64,000 bases of DNA from NCBI GenBank assembly GCA_964016885.1, contig OZ024740.1:64294001-64358000 (forward strand). Reading direction: 5' to 3'. The DNA is from Eledone cirrhosa. Lineage: Eukaryota. Below, piece after piece: positions 52,776 through 64,000 of this stretch (the stretch's first letter is position 1; the number at the start of each line of letters is the position of its first letter). Position numbers and translations under genes: made by a program. The notes under the pieces were generated by a model that made no database searches, was not told the DNA's origin, and was given only the letters and a program-made list of their open reading frames with translations.

Positions 52776-53865
52776 TACATACATACATAGATAGTCCCGT
52801 AACTTCTGAATGAGTCGTAAAGGCGTCGTATTGACATAGCCTGATGGAGCCCATCTCCTCTCCAAGTCTGAGTAAAGCAGATTTCTTCCAGAGAAGGATA
52901 GAAAGTGAGAGAACGGAAGTGAGGCAGAGATATAGAGAAAGAATCGACCCCCAGTGCTTGACTGGTACTTGCTTTTATCAACCTCGAATGAATTAAAGGC
53001 AAAGTTGACCTTGGCGGGATTTCAACTCAGAGAACAGAGCCAAAACGAACACCGCAAAACATTCCATCCGACGTTCTAACGCCTCTCCTAATTCGCCGCC
53101 TTCATGAAGTAAATTAAAGTTTTATCAAATTATTTTTACCCTTTTCGATTGAATAATAATTAATTAATGTTAATAAAGTGTGGTCTTATACCTTGCATGA
53201 TATCAAACACATGTCTAATATCTATAGATGCAGAAACACATGTCCGACGTACCCAGTCGGGTATGCAGACCATTGTCACAGCTTAAACACATACACACAT
53301 CGTACATTGTTTCATATACATCCTTGTTATGAACCACGTTTTGTTGGGGATACTGCTCATAAATGCTAGCCGTTCAAGTTCGCACTGTATAAAAATGAGT
53401 TTTTCTAGCTGATGTTTTATTTACACTATGTACTAATGAATATTTCTATCCTTGTTTCATAAGTAAGATGCTTGTTCTTGTCTCAATTTCGACTGAGATA
53501 GATACTACATTATCAAACTATAAATATTCTTGTATATTTTATAATATATTAAAAATATCTTATAAGCTATAGCTTATTTTTCTCTCAGTACCAAGTGAGT
53601 AAATGTCATCGATGCTTAAAATATTCATAACGAAATTCTTGTATGTTTATTATTGTTAAACGAACAGCTTTGGATGTTTACAACAGTGTATATAAACTAT
53701 CGGAGCGTTCTTTAGTTTTGAAATTCTTAGAAGGTATAGGAATCCCAAACGAAGAAAGCAAGAATTTCAAAGCCACCCAACGCTTCGATAGTTTATATAG
53801 AATGCTGTTCACATCTAAAGCTACTTCGAATAGCCATATAATTCAGTCGCAATCGGTTATCAGAG

Positions 53866-53980
53866 GCGGGGTTTAACTCAATGGTTAGAGCACTCAGCCA
53901 AAATTTGAGAGATACGGAGTTCGATTCTTGGTTGTTTATCAACTGCCAATAAAAGTTATTTTCTGCGTTTGGCATCCCCC
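53866..53980 (+). mobile_element. tRNA-derived SINE head
   Basis: A-box-like taactcaatggttagagc and B-box gttcgattc. Confidence 0.55.
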
Positions 53981-54003
53981 TCATATATATATATATATAC
54001 ATA

Positions 54004-54591
<588 letters not shown>

Positions 54592-54696
54592 TGATCTAGC
54601 TATTCTATGTGACGATGCTTGAATCCTCGTGTTTCCTATTTCCACTGATCTTTTATTCTCGTTCGAAGTTAGAGACATAAATTTATAGCTCTACAT

Positions 54697-54835
54697 TAGA
54701 GGTTCTCAAACCTTTTGGCCCCCCTCATGGACACGTAATACCTTCAGCACCCTCAACCCCATTTCCAGAGAGACCTGCCTACACGCAAATTGTAAAAACA
54801 TGTATGATATTTATTATACATTTTGAGAACCTCTG
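54697..54835. mobile_element. hAT-type MITE
   Basis: TIRs (t/c)agaggttctcaaa; 8-bp TSD ctctacat at 54689-54696 and 54836-54843. Confidence 0.88.
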
Positions 54836-54904
54836 CTCTACATAGATAGTCAGTTAGACAGGTAGAAGGTAGTCAAGCAGAGCAACAGATAGATAAGCAT
54901 GTAT

Positions 54905-55066
<162 letters not shown>

Positions 55067-56778
55067 ATGTATGGCAAAGCAACTGACATACACACGGATA
55101 TAACACGCACACACACTCATATATACATATAAAGTTATAATAGTAAAATGGCTTCCACGTTTGCGTAAATAATCGATTAGTGGCAATAAGATAAATATTT
55201 GATGTTGTTTAACCCTCTTATGAATGTTCCTCACAGACTCACCTGTCTTTCTATAGGAAGATTGTTATTGCTTCAGTATAAAAGATTATAAAAGAAAGTG
55301 ATTAACGTAGTGGAAACTAAACTAAACTACCAAGACGTCACTTAGAATACAGAATTCTTAAAAACATATTTATTGATGTATTTTTTTCCTGAATATTTTG
55401 TGATTAATTGGACTTTTTGTAAATTACATCTAAAGCAAATTTTATAAGTATTTAAGTCTTTTGTAAAATATAGCAAAGTATGAAGACTTAATTTGCAATA
55501 AAACTTTTAATTATTTCTGAGTGGAAGATTTTCATACATACATACTTACATACATACATACGTACATACGTACGTAATACGTACATACATATATACAAAA
55601 CATACATGCATTCGTACCTACGTACACTCATACATATATATATATATACATACGTACGTCTTGTAACTATGTTAGAAACCGGCTCTCTCTATTGGCAAAC
55701 ATTTGTAAAATTATATAACCAGAAGAACATACAAACATACTTATATATAAGTATGTATTTACACCTTATATATACGTATATATATATGTAACGAATGCTA
55801 CAGGCACATATATATTATAATGATTTTATATTCTACAGAATCTACGTCATATGACGGCTGCAACTTTATAAGAAAAAGTCTTTTCAATAATAGTTCAATT
55901 AATAAATTGGTTTAAAAGGAAATAGGGGTGCGGGTCATTGTTTGATTTAATGGGAAAATAGGGATGATTTGGGAAGAACATGTGTGTCCTCTTTTCGTCC
56001 TTGAGTGGTATGGAAGGTGTCTGAGGTAGTTTCGGGATTTGGTTTACATCAAGCTCGGGGTTTAGGTTGGAGTTTATTTTCTAGGTGTGTATTATTGAGG
56101 GCTAGGTCAATCACATATCTCTCCATCTTCTTTCTTTTCACAGCTCACACCTATGCAGGTTTAGCTGGCCTCCTCCAAGGTATAACTCCAAGGTACATCT
56201 CATTTCTACAGCTGAGTAAACTGGAGCAACGTGAAATAAAGTGTCTTGCTCAAGGAAACAACACTTCACCCAGCCCGAGAGTTGAACTCACAACCTTTCG
56301 ATTGCAAGCCCAATGCTCTAACCACTAAGCCATTCGCCTTCCCTCTCTCACATATCTCTCTATATGTATGCTTGAATCAAAATATGAACATAAGTACATT
56401 CACACATTCTTGTGTATTTGTGTGCCTTATCGATGATATATTTGATTAATAATTTGACTGAATGAAAAAAATTCGAGTGCATAAATCGAAAAATATTTAT
56501 ATTAACGAAGTTATATTACACCTACGTCAACTTGATTTTGAGAGTTTTAACGAAAGCAAACATAATGACGCTCTCTGATACTAATTAAGAGTTGTAATTT
56601 GTCAAGAAAAAAACCCTTTATAGATAATAAGATGTTACATATTCACGGATAAAATGTAATAGTATAAAATCTTTAAGGTATGAGTAATTAATTGTAATTA
56701 ATTTAAAACTAAATGGGTGTTCAGCATTTTTTATAATCTATCTTTATAGCATTTCTGCGCTTGAGCACTTTCGTTATA

Positions 56779-58480
<1,702 letters not shown>

Positions 58481-58780
58481 TACATATATATATATATATG
58501 GAGGTAGTTATAGTTCACTTGAAGCATTGTGTAATGAGGTATAAACGTTTGTATATGTATAATAAAGCCAAAACAAGTCAGCATGACTTGGCAAGCTATT
58601 TAGAACACTGGTTTAACCGCTTTACTTCCCTCCGAAGAAGAGATATTATCTCGAAAATTAAGGACATTTAAATAAATCTAAGGTAAAAGACTAATTGTCA
58701 ACAATATCGTTTGCATTTGCATTCTTTATTCTATGTCCATACCTGCAGTGTTTTGGCTTTATTATACATATACAAACGTC

Positions 58781-58811
<31 letters not shown>

Positions 58812-59229
58812 GGATATTATTTATGGTTATGTATATACTAAAACTTTTTATAGTTATGTATATTTTAAACCCTAAACAGTGGAGGTCAGTAATTTATTAG
58901 TACCTTATTACCAGTAAGATAAATAGCTCAATAATCACATATAAATGAGACACACCTGCATGCCCCACGTGTAACTAACGCATACACTAACTACTACATC
59001 TGACTAACAAACTATCCTCTTGCATTTTCTGTGTTAACTGCCGAATCTATTTTGATTATGTTTTAATTTTGTTTTAATTTTAATTTTGATTTTGATTTTG
59101 AATTTGAATTGCTATACAGAAATAATATAGTATAACATATGTCACTCCACTGTACATCAATATATATATATGTACCTGTATGTCTCTTGCGTTGGAAAGG
59201 AGGTCAATTATGTAAACAAACATTGAAAA

Positions 59230-59283
59230 ATGGTCTGAAGACCTCTAGCCTAGGTTTGGATGAAACAATTGTAAGTGAATAAA
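59230..59283 (+). ncRNA. Degenerate hammerhead
   Basis: CTGAAGA..GAAA-caattg-TA then AATAAA; stem I does not pair. Confidence 0.4.
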
Positions 59284-59307
59284 TGCTTTGAACATAGCTT
59301 TGATTCT

Positions 59308-59502
<195 letters not shown>

Positions 59503-59504
59503 CA

Positions 59505-59791
59505 TACATTCTCAGCGCTTCAAAAAGCCGAAAATTATACTTCGGACATCATTTATTTACATGCGGACGTCTGTAAGTCTCTCTGCTTGCGTGCAGACAT
59601 CTGAAAGCTGTTGTCCAGCTTTCTCGTCAAAGGGTCCTTAGCCTAATGGTTGTAGCATCTAGCCGCCATCTGGAAGAAATGGGGTTCAATTCCTCATAGC
59701 GGCCGATGGTAACTTCTTTTTCCGTCTTTTATAGGTGTTCACACTATATTATAATTTCTCTTCTTAACATTTCTGCACTTGAGCACTTTCT
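59505..59791 (+). mobile_element. (TA)n-flanked element with an internal tRNA-like segment (~59633-59705)
   Basis: tagcctaatggt A-box and ggttcaattcc B-box; ends recur at 59815 and 56750. Confidence 0.5.
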
Positions 59792-61122
59792 ATATACATA
59801 TATATATATACATGTATTCTCAGCTCTTCAAAAAGCCAAAAATTTGATTTCGTGACTATTTAAATATATATATATATATATTATATAAATGTTTGTATTT
59901 CGTCTACACTGTTTGTGTAGTAGTATAGGTATTATTTAAAATGTTAAGGATGTAGGGTTAATTATTTAAGGTTGACAATCTACAGGCGTTTACTATGGTT
60001 CATTTATTTGTGAGCGTTATGTTAATTATCAGTGTAATGTATGTTTGTGCGTTTATGAGTGGAGAGGAGGAATAAGGGAAGTAGATTTTCGGAGCAAGTT
60101 GAAAGGGCAGAGGTGAGGTTCACTGGTAATATTTTTAACTACAGCCGTTGTGTGACGTTGGCATGTCGTTTGGCCTGTGACAGCATGGTGGTTGGAGGTC
60201 TGACGAGTACAGTTTAAAATATTTATTATATATTTAGTTCTGTTTGTGCATTTTAGTTTCCAGTTATATTATGTCTCTTTTAGGCCTTGAGTTGAATGGG
60301 GAATTTAAAGGTATACTGGGCAAGGTATTTTGGATTCTCGCGTTGTTTTCCATAAACTATTTTTATTGTTGGTTATGAATTCATTGATTAATTCTGAGTT
60401 ATGTTTTCTCTAATAAGTTTATGGAGTGATTATTTCAGGGTTTGTTTAATTATAGTTTAATTTCTATTTTCTTGATGCATAGAGTTTGGATTTGGGTTTG
60501 CATAGACGACAGCCATCGAGTATGATGGTTATGTGTGTATTATTTGGTAGTGTTATGATTAAGTGCTGGTAGCCATAGCCTTTGACGGAAACCGAATATT
60601 GAGCCTGATTCTGGCCCGATGACGTTCGTTCTGTCTAGATAGTAACAGATAGTGTACTAAGTTTTATTATGTTATCAACTTTCTTTGATATGCTTAAATT
60701 TTGTTTAGATTATTTCATGGTTATGAGTTGCAGGCTTTGTTAATTAGACATGAGATATTTGGTGGTTGATTTGCTTGTGGTGGGCGTTACTTTATTGTGT
60801 TAAAAGATGTAAGTGGTTCAGTATTTTGCAGTTGTCTTGTAGGTCTTCCTTGGTTTTGTTATTTTCATTAACTACTATTCTGTTGCTAAATGTGGGTGTG
60901 ACAGAATATACATATATATATGTATATATTATTTTCATTTATAATATTTGGGACTGGGTAAGTCATTTTGAACATCGTACCGATGCAACTTGATTTCTCG
61001 TTTGAGTCTTATAGTTATTAGCATGAAATCGCTCGTAGCTGACTCGTTCATATATCAGTAGCTACTACCTTACGAATTCCATGAAACTGGACAAAGGACA
61101 CAGGCATACAGGCCTTGTGGAT

Positions 61123-61157
<35 letters not shown>

Positions 61158-61629
61158 ATGTGTGTGTGTGTGCGTGTGTGTGTGTGTGTATACATGTATA
61201 TATATATATAGAGATAGATAGATAAATACATAGATATATTTGCTGTTCAATAAATGTTTGCTGCTCTTTAAATGATGAGCTGTAAAACGGTCCATATTGA
61301 CTACTATTTCTAGTGGCAAATTTGACTCGTCACTTTGTCCTTATATACAAATATATACATTGTTAGAAGATCTATGCATGCGTGTAATATTATTTTCTTC
61401 TTGCACCTTGCTGGATCGGTGAGGATGAACTCATTTCACTTAACATGTTTATATATTTTTCTTATACTTTTCGAAAGATGCTTGTGAAGTGTTCTTTTTA
61501 GATCAATTTATTGCGATCTATCCCTCAATGATTTTGTGTAAGATGTTCTATATGTATTTGCTTCTCTAAATGAGATGTTTTAGCGATCTGTTTTCATTCA
61601 GATATTATGTAAATTAGTGACACATTTAC

Positions 61630-61708
<79 letters not shown>

Positions 61709-61709
61709 T

Positions 61710-63002
61710 TTGAGCATATGTTGGTTGTTTACCGACACCTCAGTATGCAGATTGGAGCACTCGACGAAGTACGCAGGTTGGTTTGTTTTCTCCGGAGTAA
61801 TGTAAAATAATTAAGTCACATATGTAAAATTTGGCTTCGTTTATTACAAATTATAGATATACTGCTATATATATCTCGGTGACAGCCATCATTGGCTGTG
61901 ACCTCTTCAGGTAGTCCGAATTGGTGTGGGAAGGACAGGTACACATGTTGTTGAAGTCTGTTTTACTCCGTCAATCCATCGATATGTCCAGCTCCTGGTA
62001 GTGTTGTTATTTCTCTTAGGAACTGGAATCATATGAGTTAGAGCAAACGAATTTTGGCGTCATAGGACACCCATTGGTCAGTTGTGAGAACATTCCCCAG
62101 TCAAAAGTCTATAGAAATTTTTCTGAGGCAAGGCAATCTGTTGTAGTAGTTTTTGGTTAGGTACAGCTGACCTCCTCCATTGTGTTGGTAGTGGTAGTGG
62201 TGTTAAGGGGTCAGCTGGTAGGTCAGTTTTAGTGTGCTGCTGCTATGTTCAGAAGAATTTGTGTGTAGGTTGGCATCTATCCTGCCACCATTTCACGTGG
62301 TGGGAGGTGCCAAACAAATAAAAATAAAAAATGTGTGTGTGTTACAACCAATATCAAAATTTGAAAGATTTGAAAAATATTAACTGAAGTAGAAAACCTG
62401 TGTCAGAATCGAGAAGTGTAAAGAATTACAATTCTTACACTATCACCAAGTAGTGCGTTGTAACACACACGCATTTTTTTAATTTTTATTTGTTTGGCAC
62501 CCCCCACCACGTGAAATGGTGGCAGGATATATACCAACCTACACACAAATTTTTCTGAACATAGCAGCAGCACACTAAAACTTACCTGCCTGCTGACCCC
62601 TTAACACCACTACCACTACCAACACAATGGAGGAGGTCAGCTGTACCTAAACAAAAACAACTACAACAGATTGTCTTGCAGAAAAATTTATATTGACTTT
62701 TGACTGACGAATGTTCTCACAACTGACCAATGGGATGCGAGCGTGTCCTATGATGCCAAAATTCGTTTGCTCTAACTCATATGATTCCAGTTCCTAAGAG
62801 AAATAACAATACCAGGAGCTGGTCATATAGATGGATTGACGGAGTAAAACACACATCAACAACATGAGTACCTGCCTTTCCCACACCGATTTGAACTGCC
62901 TAAGAGGTCACAGCCAATGATGGCTGTCACCGAAATATATATAGCAGTATATCTATAAGTAATAAACGAAGCCAAATTTTACATATTTGACTTAATTATT
63001 TT
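61710..63002. mobile_element. Large fold-back of the 16248 family: ~545-bp arms, ~108-bp spacer, tail on the left
   Basis: ~61805-62348 is the reverse complement of ~62457-63002; mutated HHRs at 61861-61915 and 62896-62948. Confidence 0.85.
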
Positions 63003-63028
63003 ATATATATATATATATATATATAATT

Positions 63029-63073
63029 AGCTTTGATAAGCACCAAAAAGTGCGAAACAGAGCTCTGTCAGCT
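63029..63073 (+). ncRNA. Minimal hammerhead, U3-A8 core variant
   Basis: agct-TTGATAA-gcac-caaaaa-gtgc-GAAA-cagagctctg-TC-agct. Confidence 0.75.
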
Positions 63074-63143
63074 TTATCTCCCCTGTTTTCTGAAAATTAA
63101 AGTAAGTGAGACTGTCACTACTCTAAAACAATATTGCAAAATA

Positions 63144-63190
<47 letters not shown>

Positions 63191-63890
63191 AATATAGATT
63201 TAGCGAGAATCGCATTTCGGCGGGTAGAAAAGGCGAAACGAAACGCAAAAATCAGAAATGATGCTGGTTAAAAAACCAGAGCTAAACAATATGTTAAGAG
63301 GCCATACAAAACTGAATTAGTGGTCAAGAAAGCACCAACCACCTAAGCCAAAAAGAAAATCAAACTAAACAGCTCAAAACAAAATAAATGATAAAAAAAC
63401 ACAGACCCGTACCCGTTGGAATTGATGTTAAAATCCAAATGCAAGGTTTCTATGACACCTACATCAAAATACTGTCTGCTTAAAAATATAAGCTTTAGGT
63501 ATAATGATCGAACAAGGAATATCATGTTATCAACAGGTATTTTGGTCTGTACCAAATTTGTGAATGACACAGAGGCACGTAAAAGCACATGTGGAATTCA
63601 CAAGGCGAAAACCCCCAGATTTTTGCAATTAAATTCAGTATGTGTATACCATGCAAAAAATTGCATAAATAGCCCAAATCGAATGAGCTCTCAACCGGGT
63701 GGTTTTTAAAATAAACTTATACAATTAACTTGTCAATAAAAATTATTAACAAGTTAGTTGTAAGACACGGGAGATTAATACAAATATAGATTTAGCGAGA
63801 ATCGCATTTCGGCGGGTACAAAAGGCGAAACGAAACGCAAAAATAAGAAATGATGCTGGCAAACGCTCCATGGTTAAAAAACCAGAGCTA

Positions 63891-63951
<61 letters not shown>

Positions 63952-64000
63952 TGTATATATATATATATATATACATACACACACATATACATACACATAC

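Noticed and set aside
59633-59705. Functional tRNA gene
   Set aside because: Cloverleaf stems pair poorly and it is embedded in a repeat
59880-61120. Possible degenerate retroelement on the minus strand
   Set aside because: No diagnostic motif could be read

Overview
AT-rich, microsatellite-dense eukaryotic DNA made almost entirely of transposable elements; the SINE motifs and (TA)n load suggest an octopus/cephalopod genome (inference). No host protein-coding gene is identifiable, and most ORF-track entries are microsatellite or antisense artefacts. Main contents: (1) a full-length Tx1/L1-clade LINE (21462-27306; ORF1 with CCHC knuckle, ORF2 APE-RT-zinc finger with one in-frame TAG), a tandem 5'-truncated copy, both in (TATC)n, and an older relative at ~7700-8530; (2) fragments of at least four Penelope-like element (PLE) families with RT and/or GIY-YIG; (3) about 20 minimal type-I hammerhead ribozyme (HHR) motifs read by eye, mostly in short (TA)n-flanked fold-back or tandem units, including a 484-nt HHR-to-HHR retrozyme-like unit and three U3-A8 core variants; (4) a deleted Helitron, an R4-like endonuclease remnant, RTE remnants, an hATm-like transposase remnant, two MITEs with TSDs and several SINEs. 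Best candidates for new biology: the (TA)n-targeted HHR fold-back/retrozyme system, and a conserved splice-acceptor-like signal just before Tx1 ORF2. All alignments and folds were done by eye; boundaries of degenerate elements are approximate.
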